From a virus, in the IMG/VR virus record IMGVR_UViG_3300033571_024432, positions 52,708 through 116,707 of that record: DNA of 64,000 nt, one strand, 5' to 3'. A program made the position numbers and the translations under genes. The notes beneath the pieces are model-generated. The model was not told the DNA's origin, did no database searches, and was given only the letters and a program-made list of their open reading frames with translations. Positions 49,383 through 59,442 of this stretch are shown in pieces (position 1 is the first letter of the stretch; the number at the start of each line of letters is the position of its first letter).

Positions 49383-50135
49383 ATGTTATTAAATGAAATA
49401 AAATTAAAAAAAATTATTAAAAATTTATTATCTGAACATTTTCTTTTAATTGAACAAGCAATCGATGATAAAATTAAAAAAGAATGGATAACTTTTCTAA
49501 AATTAAAAAACAAAATAAATTCTGATTATTTTAATAGCGCAAGCGCTGATAGTAATTCTCAAGGCAATATGTGCAATTCACGCTTTGGCGCTTATGCTAT
49601 AGCAAATCAAGCAGATAAAGGTAAAGCTTTTTTTAACGATGTATTTAATGATATAAATGTTGATGAATTAGATCTTGATATTGTTAATAAAAATATAGAT
49701 GAATTATATTCTTTTTTATTTCATCATTATATTAATCCAAATAAGGCAAATGTGAAAGAATTTATTGATATGTTTAAAAATATTAAAATACATGTTAAAG
49801 AAAGTAATAAAATGAATTTAAATTTATTCATTTCTAATGTTATTAAAATATTAGAAGCATGTAAAGGTATAAATATTTGGAATGATGAACTTATAGAAGA
49901 AGATATAGGTATTATTTCAACAATTGATGATATTTCTGAAATTACTTCAACAGATCAACTAACAGGTAGATTAAATAAAAATTATCCTGGTGAAATTATA
50001 TTTTCTAATTTAAATAGCAGAAATACACATTTAGCAAAACTTTTATCTAAAAAATTAAATGACAATGTAATTAAAGAAATAGTTTATAGATTAAAAAGTA
50101 CATTAAATTATAGAAAAAAAAATAAAAAAATGTAA
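49383..50135 (+). CDS. Hypothetical protein with leader
   Basis: MLLNEIKLKKIIKNLLSE; ATG 49383 after AGGTG. Confidence 0.7.
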   Translation: MLLNEIKLKKIIKNLLSEHFLLIEQAIDDKIKKEWITFLKLKNKINSDYFNSASADSNSQGNMCNSRFGAYAIANQADKGKAFFNDVFNDINVDELDLDIVNKNIDELYSFLFHHYINPNKANVKEFIDMFKNIKIHVKESNKMNLNLFISNVIKILEACKGINIWNDELIEEDIGIISTIDDISEITSTDQLTGRLNKNYPGEIIFSNLNSRNTHLAKLLSKKLNDNVIKEIVYRLKSTLNYRKKNKKM

Positions 50136-50240
50136 TAATAATAAAAATTTATTTAGTATCTTAAAATAATTATTATGAAACTTTTACATAAATAAATATA
50201 AAATATAAAATATAAAAAATTAAATCAAATTTAAAAAATT

Positions 50241-50280
50241 TTGTAATCTACGTGAATATTATATATAATTAGAATATAAT
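50241..50280 (+). promoter_or_regulatory. Interleaved class B (50241-50269) and class A (50249-50280) promoters
   Basis: TTGTAA-N17-TATAAT and TAC-GTGAAT-N17-TATAAT offset by 11 bp. Confidence 0.75.
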
Positions 50281-50331
50281 TTAATTATAAATATTTATTT
50301 TATTTTCGCTATAATATATCTAGGAGTATAT

Positions 50332-51246
50332 ATGCCAGTTTCTTTAGGTTATGCATGTATTAATACATTATTACCATCAGCAAATTCTACTATGCGTAAA
50401 GCAACATTTGATCAAAAAGGTATTGAATATGCAGGTGAAATTGCTTTAAAAAATTTTAATGCTATTATTCCAATAATTGAATGGAATAACAAAAATAATA
50501 TTAGATTATATAGAATGTCATCAGATATGATGCCATGGGCATCTGAATACAATATGGAAGATTTACCGCAGTTTGATGAAATAAAAAAAGTATTATATAA
50601 AATTGGTGAATTATCTAAATTGTATAATCAAAGATTAACATTTCATCCTGGACAATTTGATTGTTTAGCTTCTGATAATGAAAATGTTATTAAAAATACT
50701 ATCATAGATCTAGAAATACATGGAAAAATAATGGATTTAATTGGTGTTTCTAAAACACATTATAATAAAATAAATGTTCATTTAGGCTCCTCATGTGGCG
50801 GAAATCATAAATTAGCAATGGACAATTTTTGTAGAAATTTTGATAAGTTATCTGAATCTGTTAAATCTAGATTGACAATTGAAAATGATGATAAAAAAGG
50901 TATGTTTTCTGTAAATATGTTGTATGAAGGTGTTTATAAAAATATTAAAGTGCCTATTGTTTATGATCAACATCATTGGGAATGTGGACCTCAAGATCAA
51001 TCACAACAAGATGCATTTGAGACTGCATATTTGACATGGGATAAAATAAAACCTGTTTGTCATTTAAGTAATAGTAAAAAAGAATATGAAGATAATAGCG
51101 TTGTAATAACAGCACATTCAGATTATATTTATAAACCATTTAATAATTACGATCTTGATGTTGATGTTGTTGTTGAGGCAAAAATGAAAGAACAAGCTGT
51201 TTTAAATTATTTAAAGAAATGGGATACAAATGGAAAAGAAAGATAA
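50332..51246 (+). CDS. uvsE: UV damage endonuclease
   Basis: LGYACIN, YRMSSD, RLTFHPGQF, RLTIENDD, YDQHH, AHSDYI, VEAKMKEQA. Confidence 0.95.
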   Translation: MPVSLGYACINTLLPSANSTMRKATFDQKGIEYAGEIALKNFNAIIPIIEWNNKNNIRLYRMSSDMMPWASEYNMEDLPQFDEIKKVLYKIGELSKLYNQRLTFHPGQFDCLASDNENVIKNTIIDLEIHGKIMDLIGVSKTHYNKINVHLGSSCGGNHKLAMDNFCRNFDKLSESVKSRLTIENDDKKGMFSVNMLYEGVYKNIKVPIVYDQHHWECGPQDQSQQDAFETAYLTWDKIKPVCHLSNSKKEYEDNSVVITAHSDYIYKPFNNYDLDVDVVVEAKMKEQAVLNYLKKWDTNGKER

Positions 51247-51469
51247 TTTTATCAAATTTTATACATTTTATTTATGGATACTTTTTATTATATTGGTATC
51301 TACTTGGTTTATTGGAATTAATTCAGTTCAATTAAATGCACAAGAGCATAATGAATATAAAGAATTATTAGAAGAAAATCAACGATTAAGATTAGAAATA
51401 GAAAATTTAAAGAACGATAAATTTGAAGCGACATTCAAAAGTTGTAGTAAATTTTGTAGGAGATTATAA
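51230..51469 (+). CDS. Single-TM coiled-coil protein
   Basis: TM LWILFIILVSTWFIGI then LLEENQRLRLEIENLK. Confidence 0.6.
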   Translation: MEKKDNFIKFYTFYLWILFIILVSTWFIGINSVQLNAQEHNEYKELLEENQRLRLEIENLKNDKFEATFKSCSKFCRRL

Positions 51470-51666
51470 TGACAGAAGAACAATACGTTTTTTTATATTC
51501 AACTATATCTGATATAATTCAAATAAGTTGTGATTATTTATTAAATTCAGATTTATTAATGTCTTTTCCAGATTGGAATGGGTCTTTTTTATGGGTTAAT
51601 GAACATGTTTTGAAAACATGTGAAAATTTAGGTTATATTAGCGAACATTGTGGAACAATTGATTAA
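51469..51666 (+). CDS. Small hypothetical protein
   Basis: 65 aa, TAATG coupling, AGGAG RBS. Confidence 0.6.
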   Translation: MTEEQYVFLYSTISDIIQISCDYLLNSDLLMSFPDWNGSFLWVNEHVLKTCENLGYISEHCGTID

Positions 51667-51681
51667 TAAGGAAAAAATTTT

Positions 51682-52182
51682 ATGGTAGATTTAGATTATT
51701 TATTTGCAAGTAAAGAAGAAAAGCAAAAAATTGATTTAGAAAAAAAACGACAAAAAGATAAAGAATTAAATGAAAGATTAGAGAAAGATAAAGAAATCGA
51801 TCCTAATGTTGATTTTAACAAAAATCCTTTTATGTATGATTTAAAAGAATTTGATAGAAAAAGATTTATATGTTTACCTTATAAACGTGAGATTGATAGA
51901 ATTTTAAAAGAAAGTTTTCATGCTGACGCTGCGCAAGAATTGAATGAATTATATGAAAAATATATTAATATGGGTGATTTTTTAGGAGCCGATAGTTGTC
52001 GTAAAGGTTTAGTAACATTAGGTTCTCAAATGAAAGAAAAGTCAATTGATCTTTTTGCTGATTATATAAATCAATCAAAACAAATTGAATTAGATCCTAG
52101 ATATGTTTCATGTAGGAGAACATTTTTATTTTTACAAAGAAAATATCCACAAGATAAATATATTCCTTCTCAAAAAGTATAA
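51682..52182 (+). CDS. Hypothetical protein
   Basis: 166 aa, AAGGA RBS. Confidence 0.7.
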   Translation: MVDLDYLFASKEEKQKIDLEKKRQKDKELNERLEKDKEIDPNVDFNKNPFMYDLKEFDRKRFICLPYKREIDRILKESFHADAAQELNELYEKYINMGDFLGADSCRKGLVTLGSQMKEKSIDLFADYINQSKQIELDPRYVSCRRTFLFLQRKYPQDKYIPSQKV

Positions 52183-52235
52183 TAATAATAATTAAATGAT
52201 ATAAATATATTTATAAAATAAAAGGTTATTATAAA

Positions 52236-55200
52236 TTGAATAAAAATCAAATAATAAATGAGATGATAAAAATTGAATTATTATATCGTAAGAATCAAAG
52301 GAAAAAAAAATTAAAATTTTTAAATGAATCTAGTGAATCCAATGAATCTTCTGAAGATATTAATACTAAATTTTGGAATAATTTTTTTGATACTAATTTT
52401 ACTGATTTTTTAACTAAATCTAAATTAATTTTGTCTTCTTATAATTTAATTTTACAAAAATTAAATGATATAGGTAATCAATTTGTGCAAGGAAATTCAT
52501 TGAATATTGAAAAAAGTAAATTTGATGAATTTAAAAGTATATTATCTACTTGTTTTGATGAATCTCATTTAAATATAAAAAATGATTTTATCGATAATAT
52601 TTTAAAAAACAACAAACAACCCGGCAATATTATGAAGTTTTCATTAGAAATGCCTAATAATATTTCTGAAAATATGTTTGATATTAATTCAATAGATGAT
52701 GACTCAATAAATAAATTATATAATTTATATAATTATTTTAATATTAATGAAAAAAGTTTAGGGAATAATATAAGTTTATTTGAAATATTATCTAGAAATA
52801 TTTTGTCTGATTTGACTTTTAAATTAGAACATGCAATAACTAAAAAATTAGTAGGTAATGTTTTTCAAACTAGTAATCCTATTACTATACAAATGTGTAA
52901 TATAATATCTAATAAATTACGTAATTGTAATTTACAAGAAAATCAAGTAGCAGAAGTATGTAATAAATTATTTACAAACAATTTAAGTATAGATAATTTT
53001 TCTTCAATTTTTAAATTTCCTTTTTCAGCATATAATAAAGATGATTTGCAAAAAGATAATAGTCCATTATTTAAAAAATTATCTGATAAGAATTTTAGAA
53101 AAAACTTTTACGCCAAAACTATTTATAATGTTGTAGCGCCTAGCGGAGCAACTAATTATAATACAGGTAAAGGTGAATTTTTATTATTATCATTATTGGA
53201 TAATTTTACATCTGGTGGAAGTAGAAGTGTAGATTTAATTTCTAAGGATAGATCTTTTGAGGTTGAAGTAAAACAAGTTGTTGAAAAAGCAGTGGCGGGT
53301 TCTTCTGATAAGGTTATTCTTTCAACTAATTCTAAATTTAGAATATCTTTAAGACAAAATAAAAATTCTACAAAAACAAAAACAAAGTTTTTCGATAAAT
53401 TTAATGATTTTGTTAAAAAGTTTTCTCAAAATACAAAAGGTATGAATAATTTATTAAAATTAACTGATCAATTGGAAACAATTGCTTTTAATGAAAGTAC
53501 AATGTTATTAAATGTAGGCAAAGATTATGGTCCAAGTCCTGCACAAACATCTGATAGCGATATTTCTAGATTATTAGATATTGATGAAATTGACGCAGCA
53601 AAAATAAAATCAATTATATCTTATAGTGGAAAACCAGCTGATTCAGCTGTTAAAGAATTTGTTGTTGCTTTGGATAAAGAATATGCAAATTATGCCAGTG
53701 CTCCTGGATCTAAGCAAGCTAATAATAAAATTACACAAGCACTTGCTAATCTAGATGGTCAAGGTAAATTTATTACAAATCAAAAAATAGATTTAGATAA
53801 TGTCAAAGGTTTATTTGATTGGTTTAAGGCAAAAACGCCAGAAGATTTAAATAAATTAAAAAATAGTAATAAAAAGTTTTTTTTATTTAATAGTTTAGTA
53901 GGCACAAATGGTACTATAAAAGGTGGAACTATATATGATGAAAAAAATCCTACTCATAAAGAATATGAAAAATGTTTTGTATCAGCATATGATGTATATA
54001 AAAATCTTAAAAAAAGTGTAGAAAGTTTAAATATATATGGAGATTTAACATCTTTGAATGATATTACATCTACGCAAATTGATATATTAAATGTTTTCTT
54101 TTTTAATAATATTGTTAATAAATATTTAGCATCATTAATGTTATACAATGATTTTTTAAACAATATGTCTAAAAATTTTGAAAATTTAACTAATAATGTT
54201 TTATCTAGTAATAATGAACAAAATGAAATAAATAAATTATGGGCAAATATAAAATTTGATGTTGTAAATAAGATAAAGGAAATGAATTTATCAAATTTAG
54301 ATTTATCAGAACTTAAAGATCCTTTACAAAAAGAAACATTTAAAGATTTATTAAAATACAAAGTATTTACAGAATTTTCAGAAAGTTTAGGACTTAATGA
54401 CGAAGAAATAATAGTCACATTTAAACATTTAGATTCAAATAAAAAAGTTAAAAGTATAAAAAAAGTGATAAATAAAATAAATCCAGATAATTTAAATGAT
54501 GAAAATAATGAATTTAATATTTTAGAGCCAAATGCAATTACAAATATCGATCAATTTTTTAATGATAAAAATAATAAACAATTTACAATAAAAATAAATA
54601 ATGATGAATTAACAGACGAACAAATTGAAAATATTTTAAGTAATAAATCAATGTTTTCATTCTTTTCTAAAAGTAATTTGACTAAAAAAGAAAATGATAG
54701 TGATTTAAAAGTAGTAGAACCAATAAATAATGATAATGATTTAAAAGTTGTAGAACCAATAAATGATTCATTTATTATAAAAAATAAAAACATATTAAAA
54801 GAAGATTTTGAAAAATTAATTAATGAAAAAAATAAATATATTATTGATTATTTAGATGGTGTAATAAAAACATTAATAGAATTACATGAAAGTATTCAAG
54901 AAGATTATTCTAAAAATGCTGTATTAATATTAAGTGAAGAAGATTCTGAATCTTTTAATCGTTTTAGAATTATGTTTGGACCAAATAATAAAACAAATTA
55001 TAGTGATATTAAATCTGATGATGAAGTAATCGAAAAATTTGCATCTGGAAAAGCTCTTTTTATTACAAGTATAAAACATAATGAAATAGTATTAATGCAA
55101 AATCCAGAAAGTGAAGCTGATTCTTTTGAAAAAAGAAAAGACGTTATACTTCTTTATAGATTTTTAAAATTAAAAAAAGATTTAAATGCAACAATTAATG

Positions 55201-55328
55201 AAATCGATGAAGTTAAAAATGATATTAGAAATAAATCAAAAGTTTTAATGAAAGTTTTTAATTTAAATAAATTTAGTGAAATTCCTAAATATTTAAATAG
55301 TATTAATCAGAATAAGACAGGAGTGTAA
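52236..55328 (+). CDS. Large protein with putative PD-(D/E)xK nuclease-like motif
   Basis: GKGEFLL...SVDL...FEVEVK; leader KLKFLNESSES. Confidence 0.55.
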   Translation: MNKNQIINEMIKIELLYRKNQRKKKLKFLNESSESNESSEDINTKFWNNFFDTNFTDFLTKSKLILSSYNLILQKLNDIGNQFVQGNSLNIEKSKFDEFKSILSTCFDESHLNIKNDFIDNILKNNKQPGNIMKFSLEMPNNISENMFDINSIDDDSINKLYNLYNYFNINEKSLGNNISLFEILSRNILSDLTFKLEHAITKKLVGNVFQTSNPITIQMCNIISNKLRNCNLQENQVAEVCNKLFTNNLSIDNFSSIFKFPFSAYNKDDLQKDNSPLFKKLSDKNFRKNFYAKTIYNVVAPSGATNYNTGKGEFLLLSLLDNFTSGGSRSVDLISKDRSFEVEVKQVVEKAVAGSSDKVILSTNSKFRISLRQNKNSTKTKTKFFDKFNDFVKKFSQNTKGMNNLLKLTDQLETIAFNESTMLLNVGKDYGPSPAQTSDSDISRLLDIDEIDAAKIKSIISYSGKPADSAVKEFVVALDKEYANYASAPGSKQANNKITQALANLDGQGKFITNQKIDLDNVKGLFDWFKAKTPEDLNKLKNSNKKFFLFNSLVGTNGTIKGGTIYDEKNPTHKEYEKCFVSAYDVYKNLKKSVESLNIYGDLTSLNDITSTQIDILNVFFFNNIVNKYLASLMLYNDFLNNMSKNFENLTNNVLSSNNEQNEINKLWANIKFDVVNKIKEMNLSNLDLSELKDPLQKETFKDLLKYKVFTEFSESLGLNDEEIIVTFKHLDSNKKVKSIKKVINKINPDNLNDENNEFNILEPNAITNIDQFFNDKNNKQFTIKINNDELTDEQIENILSNKSMFSFFSKSNLTKKENDSDLKVVEPINNDNDLKVVEPINDSFIIKNKNILKEDFEKLINEKNKYIIDYLDGVIKTLIELHESIQEDYSKNAVLILSEEDSESFNRFRIMFGPNNKTNYSDIKSDDEVIEKFASGKALFITSIKHNEIVLMQNPESEADSFEKRKDVILLYRFLKLKKDLNATINEIDEVKNDIRNKSKVLMKVFNLNKFSEIPKYLNSINQNKTGV
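54693..54764 (+). repeat. 36-bp tandem duplication in CDS
   Basis: Two copies with 2 mismatches encoding ND(S/N)DLKVVEPIN. Confidence 0.85.
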
Positions 55329-55330
55329 TT

Positions 55331-56053
55331 ATGAAAAAATTAAATGAAAGAGAAATAACTAAAAAATTTATACAAAATAATTTATATGATGAAATTAGAA
55401 ATGATAGAAAAAATAATTTGTTATTAAAAGAGGCAGGATTTTCAATTGGAGGTATTGGCTTTGGAAATTCTGGTAATGGTTTTGGTTCATCACCTAATAT
55501 GACTATTCAATCTTGGTCTGATTTTGATGATGAATATGATGAATCATCTGAAGATTCTTTTTATGATGAAAGTGTTGAATCATTAGGAGATGAAGAGCAT
55601 AATGTTTATGGTTTTAATGCTGGAGATCATTTTGATACATCACATATGTTTGGAACTGAAAGTGATTATTATATGAATGGTGAAAAAGGTGCTGCTGAAA
55701 AACCTCCTAAGTTAGATAGAAATGGAAATATTTCACCTGCTGAATTACATAGACATTTCGATTTAGATGGTGATGGTGATGTAGATATGTATGAATATAC
55801 AGAACATATTGATTTTCATTCAAAACATCCTGATTTATTATCTCAATGGCGTAATGCAAAAAATACAAATAGGAAAGCATGTAAAGATTATGATTCTTAT
55901 TGTATGGTAGGTGATTCAATTATGGATAATTATGATGATTTAACTAATTTTATAGATGATATTATGTGTAAATCCGGATCTACATGTACAGATTCAACAG
56001 TAAAAGCATTAACAGATGTAATTAATATTTTAAAAAAATCAGGAATTATCTAA
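55331..56053 (+). CDS. Acidic EF-hand-like protein with leader
   Basis: DLDGDGDVDMYE is a canonical 12-residue loop; preceded by KLDRNGNISPAE; leader ends LLLKE. Confidence 0.65.
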   Translation: MKKLNEREITKKFIQNNLYDEIRNDRKNNLLLKEAGFSIGGIGFGNSGNGFGSSPNMTIQSWSDFDDEYDESSEDSFYDESVESLGDEEHNVYGFNAGDHFDTSHMFGTESDYYMNGEKGAAEKPPKLDRNGNISPAELHRHFDLDGDGDVDMYEYTEHIDFHSKHPDLLSQWRNAKNTNRKACKDYDSYCMVGDSIMDNYDDLTNFIDDIMCKSGSTCTDSTVKALTDVINILKKSGII

Positions 56054-56098
56054 AATAATTTTTTTATTTCCTAAATATATTAAAAAAAGGAAATAAAA

Positions 56099-56497
56099 AT
56101 GGAAAACTTATTAAATGAAAAATTAGTTGAAGCAATTATAATGTCAGCCTCAGTAGGTCAATTTGCTCAACAATTATGTGAAGAAACATTTAGCGAAATT
56201 TGGAAAAGCTTTGATAAAGCAAAAACGCAATTGGTTAATACATGTGTATCAGGTTTTGGTGCATTAAGTATTTATTTTTTTACACAAGATCAATTTGTAG
56301 CTAAAGCTGCTGGCATTTCTTTTTTAAGTGGCGTATTTGCCACAACAGCATTAAAAATGTTGAAAAAGAAAAACGAAACAGCAAATGAAAAGACAGCACA
56401 ATTAGCTGTAAAATTACATAAGCAAGAAATATCAGAAAAAAATCAAATAATAAAAGATTTAGAAGATAAATTAAAAAAACAATCAACTGGCAATTAA
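56099..56497 (+). CDS. Holin-like membrane protein
   Basis: Two to three hydrophobic helices then basic tail; upstream of lysins. Confidence 0.45.
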   Translation: MENLLNEKLVEAIIMSASVGQFAQQLCEETFSEIWKSFDKAKTQLVNTCVSGFGALSIYFFTQDQFVAKAAGISFLSGVFATTALKMLKKKNETANEKTAQLAVKLHKQEISEKNQIIKDLEDKLKKQSTGN

Positions 56498-56498
56498 A

Positions 56499-57173
56499 AT
56501 GAAAAATTGTATAATAAATGAACCAATGTTATTTGCAATAGGAGAAAGTGGAACTAAATATCTTTATTTAAAGAATTCTAAATATTATGTAAAAATGGAC
56601 GACTTAATTAATTGTAAATTTGAAGATGGGGCTAAATTTATTTTTTATACAAATGATGAATCACCACCTAAAAAAAAGGATATGAAAAAGGAAAAAGAAT
56701 ATGAATATATTCATAATATTAGAAATGACATTTCGTTCATTAATAATAATAATTATTCTTTATCTCCTTCAAAATTAAAAATAGAAAGAATTGTTTTACA
56801 AAATCAAAAAAATGAAGAAAGATTCCCTAAAAATATTGATTATATATCTAATAGCATTAGTGATTTTTTTATTGGTGGAATTGCATCGATTGCTTTATTT
56901 CTTTCTATCTTTAATCAAATAAAACAAAAGAAAAAAGATATTGAAAGTAATAATTGTTGTATAAACAATAAAACCGAAATAGAAAATATAAAAGTTGAAA
57001 TTGAAAAAGCAAAGGAACAAATAAATAAAAACAATCAAAATTCAAATAAAGCAATTTACGCTGAAATGATTGAACATTATAAAGAATTAAAAGAAACAAA
57101 AGATGATTTAAATAATGTTAAAGATATTTTAGAAAAAATAATTGACAAAAAAGGAGAAAAAAATGTCAAATAA
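56499..57173 (+). CDS. Single-TM coiled-coil protein (possibly lysis-related)
   Basis: FFIGGIASIALFLSIF TM followed by coiled coil. Confidence 0.55.
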   Translation: MKNCIINEPMLFAIGESGTKYLYLKNSKYYVKMDDLINCKFEDGAKFIFYTNDESPPKKKDMKKEKEYEYIHNIRNDISFINNNNYSLSPSKLKIERIVLQNQKNEERFPKNIDYISNSISDFFIGGIASIALFLSIFNQIKQKKKDIESNNCCINNKTEIENIKVEIEKAKEQINKNNQNSNKAIYAEMIEHYKELKETKDDLNNVKDILEKIIDKKGEKNVK

Positions 57174-57588
57174 AATGTTATTGAAGGAAGAAAAAACGAA
57201 TATACAAGTAACAAAAAATTTTAACATTTCAGAAATGGAATATTATGATCGTGTTCCACCTGCATTAATTGCTGCTGCAACAGAATTACTTACAAATTTG
57301 CAAGTATTACGCGAAGTTTTAAATAAAGGAATTAGTATTATGTCCGGATATAGAAGTCCTGAACGTAATGCTACTGTAGGAGGTGCTAAAAACTCGCAAC
57401 ACATGTATGCAAATGCTGCTGATATACAGGTTTCAGGTGTATCACCAAAAATTGTTTATGATACATGCGAAAAGTTAATTAAGGAAGGTAAAATGAAGCA
57501 AGGTGGTTTAGGTATTTATGATACTTGGGTACACTATGATACAAGAGGAACAAAGGCTCGTTGGGACGAAAGAAAAATTACTAAGTAA
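57163..57588 (+). CDS. Peptidase M15-family endolysin
   Basis: SGYRSPERN...GGAKNSQHMYANAADI...WVHYDTR; ATG 57163 after AAGGAG. Confidence 0.92.
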   Translation: MSNKMLLKEEKTNIQVTKNFNISEMEYYDRVPPALIAAATELLTNLQVLREVLNKGISIMSGYRSPERNATVGGAKNSQHMYANAADIQVSGVSPKIVYDTCEKLIKEGKMKQGGLGIYDTWVHYDTRGTKARWDERKITK

Positions 57589-57615
57589 CTGTATATGTTA
57601 CACATTTCAATTTAA

Positions 57616-57644
57616 TTGTATTTATTTTGTTTTTTATATATAAT
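57616..57644 (+). promoter_or_regulatory. Class B promoter (TTGTAT-N17-TATAAT)
   Basis: Exact spacing; upstream of 57669. Confidence 0.65.
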
Positions 57645-57668
57645 AATATAAATGAATAAGGAATATTT

Positions 57669-57869
57669 ATGTATTATAAAAAAGGTGATAAAGTATCTCA
57701 TTTTATGTCAACTAACAAAATAGGGACAGTCGTTGATATAATTCAAGAAAAAACAAATGTATGGACAACATTAGGCGTTCCTGATTTAAAAACTATTCTA
57801 ATAGTTGAATATAGTGATAAATCATTACATAAAATTATTACAAGTGACGCTATAAAAGTATATCAATAA
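57669..57869 (+). CDS. Small SH3/KOW-like protein
   Basis: KKGDKVSH...IGTVVDI. Confidence 0.6.
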   Translation: MYYKKGDKVSHFMSTNKIGTVVDIIQEKTNVWTTLGVPDLKTILIVEYSDKSLHKIITSDAIKVYQ

Positions 57870-57883
57870 GAAAGGATTTAAAA

Positions 57884-58414
57884 TTGACTTTACAAGCTAT
57901 TGCAATTTGTGCATTTTTTTATTTATCTGATGAACATAAATTAGATATTAAACCAGAATCTGTAGATTTAATATGTAAAAACGCAGAATTAATAGTTGAA
58001 TATAGTATAAAAAATAATATATATCCTGAATTAATGTTAAGTTTAATGTGGAGTGAATCTCGATTTCAAACAGATGTTATATCAAATCATGGAGCATGTG
58101 GTATGATGCAAATAATTCCTAAATGGTCTGATAATAAAACGTGTAATCAATTAAAAATACCTTTAGAAACAATTATAGAAGGATCTAGACAATTAAATTT
58201 TTGGATTTCAGAATATGGTAAAGGATCTATTGAAAAAGGATTATGTGGATATGCAGCAGGATATAAATGTAAAGAATCAGGAAAGGCAAAAAAATATGCT
58301 AAAATGATTAATAATAAATCTAAAAAGCTTAGAAATAAAATTAATAAATTAATAATTTTATTGTCTGAAAAAAAAGAATTTCAAAAGTATTTAGTTAATA
58401 AATACAAATTATAA
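57884..58414 (+). CDS. Lytic transglycosylase (SLT family)
   Basis: LMWSESRF...VISNHGACGMMQI...GLCGYAAG. Confidence 0.88.
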   Translation: MTLQAIAICAFFYLSDEHKLDIKPESVDLICKNAELIVEYSIKNNIYPELMLSLMWSESRFQTDVISNHGACGMMQIIPKWSDNKTCNQLKIPLETIIEGSRQLNFWISEYGKGSIEKGLCGYAAGYKCKESGKAKKYAKMINNKSKKLRNKINKLIILLSEKKEFQKYLVNKYKL

Positions 58415-58430
58415 AATATAATTAAAACTT

Positions 58431-58467
58431 TTACAAATGTGAATATTAATAATTTCTAATATATAAT
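58431..58467 (+). promoter_or_regulatory. Class A promoter (TTACAAAT-GTGAAT-N17-TATAAT)
   Basis: 13/15 match to core; exact spacer. Confidence 0.75.
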
Positions 58468-58516
58468 TCTTATTAAAAAAACTAAATCTATATCTAATCT
58501 AATACGTGGACAAAAA

Positions 58517-59002
58517 ATGAAAGCAAACAAAAAAGAAAAATGTTTTACTAAACAAATTGAAATTGTGCATGATTTTATTAAACAGAATGGTTATATTGTA
58601 AAATGTAACGAAGATAACGAAGATGAATTTTATCCTTATTTAAAAACAATTTTTATAAAGAAAAGACTTGATAAAGAATTAGAATTGTTTTATTTATTAC
58701 ATGAAACAGGACACTTAATAACTCATATTAATATACACAAATGGCGTTTTGAAAATTTGCCTTATACAATAGAAAAAGGCGTTGATGAAAAGAAAGAAAT
58801 GAAAAAAGCTTTATGGCAAGCAGCATCATTATCTGAAGAACATGAAGCTTGGAAAAATGGTAAAATATTATCTATGCAATTAGGCTTATCATTTGATAAT
58901 AAAAGATATGAAAATGAATGGGCAGATTGCATTAAAGATTATATAAAATTTGCGTATGATAATTTATTTTTACCAGATAATGGCCAGAGCAACCAAGATT
59001 AA
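58517..59002 (+). CDS. HExxH metallopeptidase-like (ImmA/IrrE-like) protein
   Basis: LLHETGHL with downstream EEHEAWKNG. Confidence 0.65.
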   Translation: MKANKKEKCFTKQIEIVHDFIKQNGYIVKCNEDNEDEFYPYLKTIFIKKRLDKELELFYLLHETGHLITHINIHKWRFENLPYTIEKGVDEKKEMKKALWQAASLSEEHEAWKNGKILSMQLGLSFDNKRYENEWADCIKDYIKFAYDNLFLPDNGQSNQD

Positions 59003-59073
59003 AAAATAATAAGTACATATAGATTTATTTGTTTATTATTTTAAAATAAAACGTGATAAAAGAAGGAGTTAAA

Positions 59074-59412
59074 ATGTCAATATCTTTATCAAAGAATTTA
59101 AATAAAAAAGAACTTAATAAATTAAAACAAAATCTGAGAATTGCAGTTAAAGATATAACTCATGAAAAAAAGTTGGAATGGAATTTAAAAGAAGGAGAAT
59201 TGGTTACAACTAAAATAGACACAATTTGTTACTATAAAGATGAATCAGGATATATACATTCCATACAATTAGAAAAAGATTCAATATTGATCGTCTCAAA
59301 ATATCCTAATCCTGGTTCAAATGATTATTATTATAACAATAATCAAAATATTTTTTGTTTATATGATGGCAAAATTATATTTATGAATCCACTTAATTTA
59401 TTAAAAATATAG
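59074..59412 (+). CDS. Hypothetical protein
   Basis: ATG 59074 after AAGGAG. Confidence 0.6.
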   Translation: MSISLSKNLNKKELNKLKQNLRIAVKDITHEKKLEWNLKEGELVTTKIDTICYYKDESGYIHSIQLEKDSILIVSKYPNPGSNDYYYNNNQNIFCLYDGKIIFMNPLNLLKI

Positions 59413-59442
59413 ATTTCATTATCTTTATATGATTTATATTTT

